Positions 28,541-41,323 of a stretch of DNA of 64,000 nt are shown piece by piece (position 1 is the stretch's first letter; each line of letters starts with the position of its first letter). Position numbers and translations under genes: made by a program. The notes below the pieces were generated by a model. It did no database searches. It was not told where the DNA came from and was given only the letters and a program-made list of their open reading frames with translations. Origin of the DNA: Octopus vulgaris (taxonomy: Eukaryota); assembly GCA_951406725.2 (NCBI GenBank), contig OX597815.1, positions 38,068,001-38,132,000 on the forward strand, written 5' to 3'.

Positions 28541-29369
28541 ACTAATACCAGTAAAGTTATTTAAAATAATGTTCTGTAGAACAGCGTCAATACGGGATCC
28601 AATACAGTTAGTTTGAATGACAGACAAAACAATAACTGACCTATCTTTTCCGCAACTTACTTAAAGTTATATAGACTACTGCAAAGTTGACTATACTTTA
28701 GATACAGCTAAGCAGTGGATTCTTCTGGCGAAGAACTTTGGCCGTTGAAACTTTTCGAAAATAGAATTTTCTAGATACAAGAATTATCAATTTACTTCCT
28801 AGCAAACGATATCCTTGCAATTTTCATCTTAGCTTCTATGGAAAAGACACAGAAGTCAATAATATATCCTCCGATATGTGTATATTTATAACGCAAACAA
28901 ACACAAATATGCCTGCCGATTAATAGCATAAATCACATTTTTACATATGCACATGTTTATATTTTCTATTATTTGCCTCTTCAATCGATTCATTCGTATG
29001 TACACATACATACACATGCATACACAAACAAATTAATATGCATATATTGCATTAATAAAACTTGTTGAAAGCTGGGTTAATTTTTGTAATCAATAATATT
29101 TCAGCGTTTGTTGAAGTTGCGCCTAGGTTGTCATTATATCTAAGATAAATGATAGTACTTCAATCAAGAATGTCGTAGCAAAATTAGTTTATCGACAGTT
29201 AGCTAATATGTTATTCTGAATATCTTCTGTTAGATGGTTCTGAATGACAACATTAAATTTTCACCCATTACTACTGATGATTTTCAACCATTACTGATGT
29301 TGATGATGATGGTGATATTCACATTTCATAGAAATTATACTGGAAGTCGTTTAGCTAAAATAATTGATG

Positions 29370-29450
<81 letters not shown>

Positions 29451-29470
29451 TGATGATGATGATAATAATA

Positions 29471-29555
<85 letters not shown>

Positions 29556-29556
<1 letters not shown>

Positions 29557-30785
29557 TGGACTTTTACAACTGGCAATAACAATGAAGATTGCTACAATTA
29601 GCCTAGACACCTACCTGAAAAACTCTGAGGACTAGATGTTAAAACTTCTCGCAAAACAAGAAAACAAGAAAGCATCATACTCAGTAACAAAACAGGCAAA
29701 GGAATATCTAAGTGAATTCCGAATACAACAAATTTCGGAATTAGTCATACAAGAAACAAGCACAGAAAAACACAGAAAAAGCTAAACGCATGAAAACCCG
29801 CGCTAAAACTGCTGCCTTAGATATTCTGAATGATAAATGGCAAGAAAAACCTCTCTATGGCAAATACCCAAAGAGAGCGAATAATGCAGATGTTGACAAA
29901 GCCCTGACCCACCAATGGCTAATGGCCTCTGGCTTAAAATCTGAAACAGAAGGGTTTATCATAGCAGCTCAAGATCAATGCCTACCAACAAGGAACTACC
30001 CGGCCAACATATTAAAGAACGGCAGTAGCCTAACATGTCGTGTATGTCAACAACAAAATGAAACCATTGATCATGTTGTCTCCAAGTGCAGTCTTCTAGC
30101 GCCTACAGAGTATCTCAACAGGCATGATAGAGCTGCACAATATATTCACTGGGTAATTTGCAAAAACCTGGATTTGCCCCATGAAAAAAACTGGTGGGAA
30201 CACAAACCATCTCCAGTGCTTGAAAATTACCACATCTCACTCCTCTGGAACTTCACCATTCAAACTGACTGAAAGATAGATGCAAATAGGCCAGACATCA
30301 TATTGAAAGACTTCAAACAAAGAACATGCCTCCTCATTGATATGACTGTCCCAATCGATATAAACGTATCTGTCAAGACCTACCAAAAACTGAGCAAATA
30401 TAAAGCTCTTGAAATAGAAATCAGCAAAATATGGAACCTGAAGACTAAAACAATACTTGTTGTCATAGGTGCCCTGGGAATGATAGCAAAAGGGGCTGAT
30501 CGCTACCTAACTCAGATACCAGGAATCCCCAAAATGGCAGAAATTCAAAAGACAGTGCTCATGGGAACTGCTCATATCCTACGCAAAATACTTTCTATGT
30601 AATCTCAAGTTTTAAAACAAACATATTTCTTTTTAGGCATTCACTAGTACGATACAAAATACAAAACCAAATATATGGCACACTTGCCATAACAACAACA
30701 TGAACTTCCAACCCTGTTGTCTCTTGAGGTCTCTGGGTGAGACTTGGAGCCAACTTGTACAAATATAAATCAAAATTCAAAAATA

Positions 30786-30786
<1 letters not shown>
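29556..30786 (+). mobile_element. 5'-truncated R4/Dong-clade element, family A (post-RT linker, CCHC, RLE, 3' UTR)
   Basis: GLLQL..., LKSETEGFIIAAQDQCLPTRNY, CRVCQQQNETIDHVVSKC, RHD, RPDII, LIDMTVP, KLSKYK, GTAHILRKILSM*. Has internal stops and is flanked by (AAT)n. Confidence 0.93.
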
Positions 30787-30871
<85 letters not shown>

Positions 30872-30876
<5 letters not shown>

Positions 30877-32788
30877 CAAAAGAGGGACTCATGAAAACCA
30901 AAGACATCCCCATTAGAAGAGGAATATTCCAGGGAGATACGCTCTCTCCACTCCTTTTCTGCTTGGCACTGTCACCTCTATCTGATATGCTAAATAGAAC
31001 TGGATGCGGATATAAATGTTACGGCAAAACGATCAGCCACCTTTTATATATGGATGACCTAAAACTATACGCTGCAAATGACAAACAGCTGGAAACACTA
31101 TTAAAGACAGTTCATGGATTTACCAAAGAAATAGATATGAAATTTGGATTAGAAACATGCGCCAAAGTAACCATGAAAAGAGGAAAACTAGTTAAGAGTA
31201 ACAACATCACACTAGATGAAGCAAATGAAATAAAAGAATTAGACCAAAGCCAAACTTACAAATACTTAGGAATCCATGAACTAGATAAGACACAACACAC
31301 ACAAATGAAAGATAAAATAAAAAAAGAATATTATAGACGAGTTAGATCAATACTAAACACAGAGCTCAATGCTAAAAACAAGATAATAGGTATCAACACT
31401 TTAGCTGTCCCAGTTATAAGTTACAGCTACAATATCCTTAACTGGACACGAAATGAACTGACCAAAATAGACAGGAAAACAAGAAAAATACTGACAGGAT
31501 CTAGGATGCATCACCCAAAATCTGACATAGAAAGACTATATATACAACGTATAGAAGGTGGTAGAGGCCTTATACAGCTGGAAAACTACTATAAAATAAC
31601 CACCATAGGACTGCAAAAATATCTACTTCAGAAGGAAGGAAAACTGATACAAATAGCAGCAAAACACGAGCAAAACAAAAGACTGTTCTCAGTATTTAAG
31701 GAAGCTGACAAATACAAACAAGAAATCATACCACCTAATAAATATGAAGAAGAAGAAGCAGAAGAAGAAGAAGAAGAAGAAGAAGAAGAAGAAGAAGAAG
31801 AAGAAGAAGAAGAAGAAGAAGAAGAAGAAGAAGAAGAAGAAGAAGAAGAATCAACAAAAGCTATAAAACAAAGGAAATCCAAACTAAAAATAGAACAGCA
31901 ACGAACCATGATAAAACGATGGCAAGAAAAGCCCCTTCATGGTAAATACTGGACTAAACTAAACGCAAAAGAAATAGACAAAGAAAAATCCCAGCAATGG
32001 TTGAGAAGCTCAGGACTCAAAGCAGAAACAGAGGGATTTTTAATTGCAGCACAAGACCAAAGCCTCCCCACCAGAAATTACCAAAAACATGTAATGAAAA
32101 GAAATATTACAAGTAACTGCAGAATATGTGGAGATGGACAAGAAACAATAAATCATATTATCTCTAGCTGCCCAGTCCTGGCTAAGAAGGAATATATTCA
32201 CAGACATGACAGAGTTGGAACTTACATACATTGGAAGCTATGCCAACATTATGGAATAACAACAGAAAAAAGATGGTATAGGCACACACCAGAAAAGGTC
32301 ACAGAAAACGAGAAAGCAACCATACTCTGGGATATGCCGATACACACAGATAGAGAAATTAAGGCCAACAGACCAGATATAGTTGTCAGAGATCATGAAG
32401 AAAAAAAATGCTTTCTAATTGATGTATCAGTACCGGCAGATGACAACGTGTCTCTAAAAGGAATGGAGAAACTCTCAAAATACAAAGACCTGGAAATAGA
32501 GGTAACTAGAATGTGGAATCTGAAAACAGAAACAATTCCTATCATAGTAGGTGCATTAGGCATGATAAAAAAAATATTCAGACAAATACATAACAAAAAC
32601 ACCAGGACTTACAAACACATATAACATACAGAAAATTGCACTACTAGGCACTGCACACATCCTACGCAGAACACTTTCCATACAATAACCATCAGAGCAT
32701 CACAACAAATCACAGCACATACCCAAGGCACACAGAGCTGCGCTCGGTAGTGAAGTGAAAGCACGCTATAAAAATAAAAATAAAACTA

Positions 32789-32791
<3 letters not shown>
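30872..32791 (+). mobile_element. Young 5'-truncated R4/Dong-clade non-LTR retrotransposon (RT domains 4-7, CCHC finger, restriction-like endonuclease), family B
   Basis: ORF 30891-32624 contains GIFQGDTLSPLLF, YMDDLKLY, GGRGL, CRICGDGQETINHIISSC, RHD, RPDIV, LIDVSVP and EKLSKYKDL. A frameshift in an A-run near 32570 displaces the natural end (...GTAHILRRTLSIQ*, stop 32686-32688). (AAT)n on both sides. Confidence 0.95.
30891..32624 (+). pseudogene. RT-RLE polyprotein fragment of the R4/Dong element, with an in-frame poly-Glu expansion
   Basis: 577-aa ORF lacking RT domains 0-3, with a frameshifted C-terminus and (GAA)n at 31746-31850. Confidence 0.9.
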
Positions 32792-32835
<44 letters not shown>

Positions 32836-32848
32836 ATATGATAACAAC

Positions 32849-32894
<46 letters not shown>

Positions 32895-32897
<3 letters not shown>

Positions 32898-33450
32898 GCC
32901 CTGATGCAGTACCAGGCAGTGGCTCTCATGGCTTCTGATCTTAACTGATTGGAAGTGTTATCATGTACATTGTTTTGTCTTGGTATAAAAGATGGGCTAC
33001 AGCAAATATTCTGCTCAATACCACAGATTTGCTTGTCAGTTGTTTGGCCTTAACCAGTTGAGCTTGTCCCTTAGTGGCTGATGATATGTGCATCTCTGAT
33101 CACGAGCAGAAGTAGTGGGGGAGCATCATGGCCATGTGTTGAGAGGGATTCTTTGGGGTTTGAATAATTCACCTCTGGAAACATAGGTGTTTCGTTCAAC
33201 ATCCTAAAGCAACCCTTATTCAGGGTCCTTTGAGCAGGATGGGCTACTCAACTTGAAGAAAATTCTAACTGGGCCCCACCTGCAAGGTCATGTGCTGTTT
33301 ATCTTGATATGAGATCACCATGTCGCGCACATATGGTTGTGATGCATGTGCCTGGTGTACCTTTATCAGACGGGTAGTCACGATGGGTATATTGGGCTTC
33401 GTATATTTTACCCCAGTGTCACTTTGATGGCATGAACTGCTCTCTCACTC
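32895..33450. mobile_element. About 555-bp non-coding interspersed repeat embedded in (AAT)n, possibly a non-autonomous partner of Dong
   Basis: Bounded by (AAT)n on both sides, no ORF, second copy at 36446-36820. Confidence 0.75.
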
Positions 33451-33504
<54 letters not shown>

Positions 33505-35078
33505 CAAAACAAAATAACAGCAACAACTAGGGACGTTTAACATGAGAAAACGGTACTTGATTTCTTGAAAGATATTCATTAACATAGATTAACACGTCAT
33601 CTCAATAATAATGGCGAATTTCCCATATCTAAAATATTGCAAAAGTTCGTATAGACCTGCGTTGGGTCACTTGTAAACTAAGGAAATAAAACATATCAAG
33701 GCCGCACCGATTAAGTCCATCCACACAAATATAGGCAAACAATACAAATGACGTTATACACCACTTGTTCAGGATTAAAAGAGTGCACATACTTTAATTT
33801 TGATGCACAAAATTAAGAAAAGGTCACGCGTGCGAAACTCGATATTAACAAAAACAAATTAACAGACTAATGAATATGATATCCAAAATACACGTACATC
33901 AATGAAATCAATAAACGCATAATTGCGCACGAAAGGATAGTTTCTGTTACACAGGAATATTTTTATAGCATGAAAAATCTGCGTCATTCTCGTACGAAAT
34001 TTACAGAAAAATGTACCTTGATATAAATGTTACCTTGAAAATTCACTTGTAAACATAAAATGTTACTTAGTCAAACCTAAAATATCAGAAATCAAAATTT
34101 AAAGCTTAAAAGAAGGAACTTCTAACTAAAAGAAATATATCGAACAAAAACAAACAAGAAAAGTAAAACACTAGGAATATAAAGCACAAAAATATCCCTA
34201 AACCCTCAAATGAAAGATATGGTGAGATTTTTATAACGGAATATTTAAGAATGTAAATCATGAAGATGACAATTCAAAGAGATGAACACGACAATTCAAA
34301 GAGAGAAATAGATATTTAAAATTAATAGAAGAAAGAAGGTTCTCCTAAAGGATAAAATTCAACGATGACATTGCTGCATAAATGCAATACTGTCCGCTGC
34401 AAATGTAATGAAAATGGACAAGAAAATCAATATTGTCAGGCTAAACGTAATAATATAGCTAGTTGTTGAGGATTTTACATAGCAAAGTGTAGTCCTCGAA
34501 ATAATCAATTGCGAAAAGATACAACGGAAAAAATATTTTTGGAGCTATTTATCATGGAAAAAAGTATCCGAAATCAAAGTACGCCTGGAGCAAGAGATCT
34601 TTAAATTGCAAAGAATCCGATGACACGAAAATCGACATGATTTGTTTCTACAAAACAAACAGTCGTCCTCCAACCCAAAATAATTTTATCAAGAACTTGT
34701 TAAAAATAAAAGAAAAAATCTGTTCAGTACCAACGGCTAAATACAGTATAAAATTTATAAGTTGACGTATAGCAAGTGAGGAAGCACTTTGGAAGAAATT
34801 CTTAAAGAAAAAAAAATGGAATCGGCGTCTGATCAATCGTGGGAAACCATAACAAGACAAATATTACAAATGATACAAAAGAAAAAAAAAATGACATAGC
34901 TGCAGGATAGGATATGATTGCACACTATTGTTTAAAATCAGGGAATACTGTTCGATATTTTAGAGATGAGGAATTCTGTACATTAATTAGATTATTCACA
35001 TTGGACGGATACGTGTCATCATCTTCTTTGTTGTTACCACAACTTTTCGGCTGATTTACTCTCCAGGTGTCCTGGTAG

Positions 35079-35269
35079 CAAGGCGGCGGGCTGGCAGAAC
35101 CGTTAGCACGCCGGGCGAAATGCTTATCAGTATTTCGTCTGCCGCTACGTTCTGAGTTCAAATTCCGCCGAGGTCGACTGCGCACTGTAGTCGATATAAT
35201 CTACTTAATCCATTTGTCTGTCCTTGTTTGTCCTCTCTATGTTTAGCCCCTTGTTGGTAGTAAAGAAAT
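35079..35269 (+). mobile_element. S1 SINE (internally deleted) inserted in the Penelope pLTR
   Basis: Head ggcggcgggctggcagaaccgttagc...gagttcaaattcc; TSD aggtgtcctggtag at 35065-35078 and 35270-35283. Confidence 0.9.
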
Positions 35270-35384
35270 AGGTGTCCTGGTAGAATTTTTGAATCCAACT
35301 CTGGGTTCTCATTCCTAAGGTATTTTTTGCTGATGTTATTATTATTATTATTCATCCAAAGCATTGCCTCGAATTGAACTCGGA

Positions 35385-35786
35385 ACTCGTACAACACTTC
35401 GCAAATATCTCCTTCGAGTAAAACCACCAATAGAAGAGAATATAAGCAAAGACTTCGTGTACTCTATCCCATGCATTTGTGGTAGGTTATACAAAGGCGA
35501 AACTTACCGCCCACTCAAAATAAGGGTAGAGGAACATTGTAAAGCTGTGACACGAAGAGATGTTGAAACACCGGGTATAGCTGATCATGTATGGAATAAC
35601 GGTGACCACCTTCCCCTGTGAGATGAAGTTAAAATAATAGGCTGAGAACACCACTGGAAAATACGAAAACTAAAAGAGGCAGCATATATGCTAGCACACA
35701 ATAACCTTCTAAGCAGACCTAGTGCAGATATGAGTAGAATATGGGATCCGGTATTAAGGGAGGATACAAAACTATTAGGCTTATAA
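35385..35786 (+). pseudogene. Penelope GIY-YIG endonuclease fragment
   Basis: VYSIPCICGRLYKGETYRPLKIRVEEH...GIADHVW...*DEVKIIG*EHHWKIRKLKEAAYM, with two in-frame stops. Confidence 0.88.
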
Positions 35787-35815
35787 GCCCTAAAATTCAC
35801 TCTATAATTGCCCAC

Positions 35816-35880
35816 GGGCATATAGCGAAATGGTTAAGAGCGCGGGCTAGTAATCCCAAGATTCCGAGTTCAGTGCCTTC
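35816..35880 (+). other. tRNA-derived segment (Pol III A/B-box-like) at the start of the Penelope pLTR
   Basis: ggcatatagcgaaatggttaagagcgcgggctagtaatcccaagattccgagttcagt gives an A-box, an anticodon-like arm and a B-box-like gagttca. The acceptor stem is incomplete. Confidence 0.6.
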
Positions 35881-35958
35881 AATAAACAACAGCAATAATA
35901 ATGATAATAATAATAATAATAATAATAATTATAACAATAATAATAATAATAATATTCA

Positions 35959-36176
35959 GAAAAAATATTCAGACAACTACATAACAAAAACACCAGGACT
36001 TACAAACACATATAACATACAGAAAATTGCACTACTAGTCACTGCACACATCCTACGCAGAACACTTTCCATACAATAACCATCAGAGTATTACAACAAA
36101 TCACAGCACATACCCAAGGCACACAGAGCTGCGCTCGGTAGTGAAGTGAAAGCACGCTATAAAAATAAAACTACTG
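35959..36176 (+). mobile_element. Short 3' end of R4/Dong family B
   Basis: Near-identical to about 32570-32791 (KKYSDNYITKTPGL...RRTLSIQ* plus 3' UTR ending ctactg). Lies between (AAT)n tracts. Confidence 0.92.
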
Positions 36177-36202
36177 AATAATAATAATAATAATAATAAT
36201 AG

Positions 36203-36417
36203 AGGCATGATAAAAAAATATACAGACAAATACATAACAAAAACACCAGGACTTACAAACACATATAACATACAGAAATTGCACTACTAGGCACTGCACA
36301 CATCCTACGCAAAACACTAACCATCAGAGTATCACAACAAATCACAGCACATACCCAAAGCACACAGAGCTGTGCTCGGTAGTGAAGTGAAAGCATGCTA
36401 TAAAAATAAAACTACTG
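36203..36417 (+). mobile_element. Second short 3' end of R4/Dong family B
   Basis: Near-identical to about 32559-32791 with small deletions; (AAT)n flanks. Confidence 0.92.
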
Positions 36418-36445
36418 AATAATTAATAATAATAATAATAATAAC

Positions 36446-36820
36446 AAATGCCCTGATGCAGTACCAGGCAGTGGCTTCTGATCTTAACAGATTGGAAGTG
36501 TACGTTGTTTTGTCTTGGTAGAAAAGATGGGCAACAGCAAATATTTTGCTAATTACCACAGATCAGATTTGCTTGTCAGTTGTTTGACCATAACAAATTG
36601 AGCATGTCCCTTGGTGGTTGACGATATGTGCATCTCTGATCACGAGCAGAAATAATGGGGGAGCATCATAGCCATGTATTGAGAGGGATTCTTTGGGGTT
36701 TGAATAATTAACCTTCGGAAACATGGGTGTTTCGTTCAACATCCTTAAACAACCCTTATTCAGGGACTTTTTGAGTGGGATGGGTTGCTCGACCAGAAAA
36801 ACAATTCTAACTGGGCCCCA
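36446..36820. mobile_element. Truncated second copy of the 555-bp (AAT)n-associated repeat
   Basis: Begins with the same aaatgccctgatgcagtaccaggcagtggct and aligns to 32895-33278. Confidence 0.8.
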
Positions 36821-38193
36821 AAAGATGAGGACGCATATCCGTCCAATGTAAACAGTGTAAATAATTCATCAGGGTCATCTAAATTGTCAGCAGCGATGCT
36901 AAATAAATGACTGAATGTACTGAGTACCTGACTGGTGTAAAAATCACTTAATTCCAAGCACTAAGAAGACGATAAACTCAAATCTGTACACTACCGATAC
37001 CCTGTTTTAAAAAGTTTTATAAACCCATAACTCAAATAATATCGCACGTAGAAACACATGAATTGTTTGCAGGGCTCATAAGATCAGTTACTCAGAACCA
37101 AAAGTACAACCGAAGTCAGTCGACGGAGAAAGAAAGCTTCAACCTTAGAATTCATTCACTACTAGTATTTTTTGACAGGGTTTGCCATATATGTATCCTG
37201 AAAACATTTTCCATTGCACAGTTACTAACAATATTAAGCAAATAGATTAAACAAATCATTAAGGATTATGCAGATGCAGAAAGAAAAGAGAATTATAGAG
37301 ATTAATACAATATAAATTACAAGAGAACTATTTCAAGTAAATTTCCAATCTCCGGTCCCTTCAGGGTTGACGCATTAATTTGTAGCGAATGGGACTTGAC
37401 TGAGGTATAAGTGGTACAAGAGGACATGTAATCATTTTTTGATACGAATGTCCACATGTGCGTTACATTTAAGTAGCTAGTACCGCTGTTAGAAGCAGTG
37501 ATATGAGACGTTGAATTCGACAAAATGGCCCAAAATGAAGCGAGAAAAGAACAGTATCATGTTTGATAAAGAAAGGAAAATAATGAAATTAAGTAAGAAA
37601 TAGTTATATTTTCTCAAGCTACCTAGTCTTTTTTCGTATTGTAAAGGTTAGGGCACCGTTCATAATGCTTTTATAGGTCCTCCAAGACTGGAAGGTGAAA
37701 AGGGAAGGCCCCGTCAAACATGAGACCTGGTTTGAGTATTTGTAACAGAGTGAACTCTGTTAAATTCATCCAAGATTCAAAGTTTTAAATTGGACAGCGG
37801 ATTAAGTCTAATATATAAGACCATGGATGGATTTGAACGTGCTCGATAAAGTTCCAAAACCTGCTCGATAAAGATGTCACAAGGTAGTCTTTCTGAATTT
37901 CTAATAGTTTCGCCAATCCACCGTTTTAGCTTGTTAGATATTTGATCGGTTTCAATAAGGAGGAAAAGCAAAGTTGTCCCTATCTGCCTTTGAATCCAAA
38001 GTGCAGTGTTGAGCAAGAAAGAATACCTCTACAAAGCTGGCAGAGTTGGCACTTTCTTACATTTCAAATAAACGTCAGCATTTTGAAATACTTCGAAAAA
38101 ACAAAACGATGGTATAAGCATACATTAGAAAGGTTATTTACGAAATGGTACAGTGACTATATTCTGGAAGATCCTTATACACATGCATATGCG

Positions 38194-38422
38194 TTTCTTT
38201 ATTACCCACAAGAGGCTAAACATAGAGGGGACAAGCAAGGACAGACAAACGGATTAAGTCGATTACATCGATCCCAAGGCGTAACTGGTACTTAATTTAT
38301 CGACCCTGAAAGGATGAAAGGCAATGTCGACCTCGGCGGAATTTGAACTAAGAACGTAACGGCGGACGAAATACGGCTACGCATTTTTCCCGGCGTGCTA
38401 ACGTTTCTGCCAGCTCACCGCT
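38194..38422 (-). mobile_element. tRNA-derived SINE (family S1) with a target-site duplication
   Basis: TSD ttatacacatgcatat at 38175-38190 and 38423-38438. Central gcctttcatcctttc.gggtcgataaattaagtaccag domain (Meta/MESC-like, from memory). Confidence 0.92.
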
Positions 38423-41278
38423 TTATACACATGCATATACGTGAGGATGAAAGATAAAGATATGCGACTAAGAATCATCATTTCTCACCTTGAACGGGAG
38501 ACCACTCCGTCTCAGAGTTAACCAGCATCTTACGCTGGCATTCGTTTTAAGCACACCGGACTGGAGCAACATAAAATGTAATTCATTCCTTACATATTCA
38601 TCGCGCCACCGGGACCTTGATACGTCCGACGACCTCACAACGATCTTAACATCCTATCTACTAGATCGTTGCACTATAAAGGTGGTGGGAAAATTATCCA
38701 AATATACCTATTTCGAAACGAGCATAACTTGAATTTGGGGTAATAAAATTATAGATACAACCCCAAAGTAACAGATGTTTTGAGAATGTTTAATAAAAAT
38801 GCAAACGTAATCCAAACATAATCCAAATCCCAGAACTTACACAAACACACAGCAAAAAGTAAATCGAGCTACAATTTGCTGTATATATATTTCTTTCAAA
38901 GCAATAGGATACGCAAAAACGTCACTTCACAACGCCACATATCTTTAGACTCTGATCGGCAGTGAAACTCTCAATAAAAATGATACTATTGAAATTATAA
39001 GAATTATTTCTTGTATCGAGACATTTCCGTAAAACTGTAGGTTTGATGTTCAAGCTTAGAAAACTATACTGCTGTATCACTTATAATTATACTACATGTA
39101 TTTTACTGATATTTATCAACCATGGAGGGATGAAATACAAAGTAAACGCCAAAGCTCATTCAACTGGAGTGAAACAATGCAGAAGATTTGCAAAATATAA
39201 TCTATTTCCAATGATAATTATGAAAGCAGAAGTAATAAATCTCCACAATGTAAAATTGAAATAGAAATAGAATATCTTTAATATACAAAGAATAAAATTA
39301 GATAGCGACAAATGTTAGATACGGGGAAACAGATATACGCACACCCGATAAATTATTAGGAAAGAAATAATTAGATTATAATAGTTGATAAAAATAATGC
39401 AAGGCTTAAGACACCGCTATTAGATTAAGATTTAAGTTTCGAAAGTCCACACCAAAAAGTAAATTCTTATTATTAAATTCTAGTTTTATATCTAAGCTAT
39501 GACATAAATGAACTGGAGGCATATTAACTGGTAGATTCTATTACATTATGATTGTAAGAACACATAAGACTGCAGAAAATCAAGAAAATAAGTTATGATG
39601 ACAAATCTTGCTAAGAAATAAGAAACTCAAAATGAAAGTTTTCAATGGAATGAAAGATTGAAAAGTATTCGGGAACCATATATGCAATGAGCAAAGTTAT
39701 CCAGCCATAAAATAATACAGCTAAAATATAAAGTTAGCTTAGTTTCATAATAATAATTTCAGTCAAAATAAATATTGAAGTCCTATGAATAAAGAATTCT
39801 TAGCTTGTTATTCAATAAATAAATTACTGAAGGATGAAGGTCATTAATATATTCGGTTTAGAAATTTCAAAGAAGACATATTAATGCAGGGTATAGGAAC
39901 AACTAGATGCATTTCAATTCTATAATGACATCACTATATCTTTTATACTTATCCTGCGGCATCTCTTTTCTTCCAGAGGGATTGTGACGTTTCATTTGTA
40001 AGAGTTCGAGTTACGAACACAAAATAATGCCATCGAAGGAGGATTCGAACTCTTGACGTTTCCTATTATCTGTCTGCAACTAACACTCTATATTCTCCTC
40101 TGTATGAATGTAGTGCTGTTTTGTATATTATGCTTAACATTTAGTTTAGAGTGGATGGAACGACGGACAAAAGTAATTTACGTGTTTCCGTATTTTAACT
40201 TGGAATCCATCGAGATAATTTTCAATGGATCATGACTACTTGTAAAGAAGCAGTTAAGCAGAGATATTTTATACGCATGTAATATAATGATATATAAATT
40301 TTATTTGATACAATAAGTGCCCAAAAAGCATATGAAGCGATATGTACTACTACACTACCCTCTAAATTTTCCGTTATAAATCAATAACTATTTTCTATGC
40401 AATGATTTCTTGTACGAGTTCTTTTACTAGTAACGATATTTTAGATACTTCAGTCTGTTATTTAAATATTCTTCTATGTTTATGGAAGACACTTTCTTTC
40501 TCGTTTAATAACGTTGAAGCTACATGTATGTCTTTAATATTCCTCAGGTTTCCAAGCGGTTATTATTCTTCATACACATCTCTGAATATTTGCAGTGCTC
40601 TTTAAACAAATGTACAAATATTCATCGCCTTTTATATATAGAATTAAATTACCTATTCAATTAATGTAGCTTGTTTACCTATAATGCATATTACATCCAC
40701 AGGCAATCTTCTTTGGAAAAGTATAACATGTATTAGCGCAACGAAGTGAAGTATTCAGAAATTCTCATTGCTATTATTCTTTAGAGAATTTATCAGTTGA
40801 TTCTTCAAAAAATATAGAAATCAATATTGTACAAATAAATAACACACTTTTATCCAAAAGTATAAATCACAATGTACACCGTAACTCCATGTTCTGGAAA
40901 TAAAATAAATTCACTACTAAAATAGTTTCAGTTCCGCTTCTCTTACATGATAACAGTAATGTGTTCTAATAAATATCAATTAAATGTACAAAATGCAGAA
41001 ATAAAAATTATCTAGATCTAATCAAATTGCTTGTGAATCAGAACCTGGCCACTTAGAGTGGAGCGTGCTAATAGCTAAAAGTGACAAACATCCATTTATT
41101 TGTTTTATTTCTTGCATCGGACTGATATTAGCTTGAGAAAGAAAAATCTTCATTCTTCACATAGAACTCTCTGAATGCTTCTGAAAATGACGATAATTAT
41201 ATGGGTTAAATTCAAATACAAGATGTAGAAAACGAGAAGGGAAAATATCTAAAACTGCACAAGATTCTTCGTACTCAC

Positions 41279-41323
41279 TTCACTCAACACAGATTTAATA
41301 AAAACATCACGTAGCTGGTACAG
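41279..41323 (-). CDS. Candidate host-gene exon C (45 nt, phase 0-0): LYQLRDVFIKSVLSE
   Basis: Minus strand reads atattttag|CTGTAC...GAGTGAA|gtgagt. Strong donor, weak pyrimidine tract, in frame with exons B and D. Confidence 0.45.

Larger units (their letters stand above)
34947..36870 (+). mobile_element. 5'-truncated Penelope-like element: inverted pLTR, GIY-YIG end, direct pLTR, with nested insertions
   Basis: 34947-35390 is the reverse complement of pieces at about 35863-35900 and 36822-36870 (aagatgaggacgcatatccgtccaatgta). GIY-YIG coding sequence lies between. This is the standard Penelope inverted-pLTR layout. Confidence 0.8.
33520..37320 (+). mobile_element. Old R4-type LINE body split by the Penelope insertion complex
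   Basis: NDIAAG*DMIAHYCLK at about 34890-34937 (KAPGPD-like), continuing after 36870 with PIPCFKKFYKPITQII and FDRVCH. tcaggg occurs at both junctions. Confidence 0.5.

Noticed and set aside
28661-28835. Minus-strand segment with a good acceptor and a gtaagt donor
   Set aside because: Stop codons in all three frames.
32895-32970. HDV-like ribozyme or U2 snRNA similarity at the start of the 555-bp repeat
   Set aside because: I could not build the nested double pseudoknot or a convincing alignment by eye.
35816-35880. Functional tRNA gene
   Set aside because: No complete acceptor or T stem and it is embedded in a repeat; treated as tRNA-derived.
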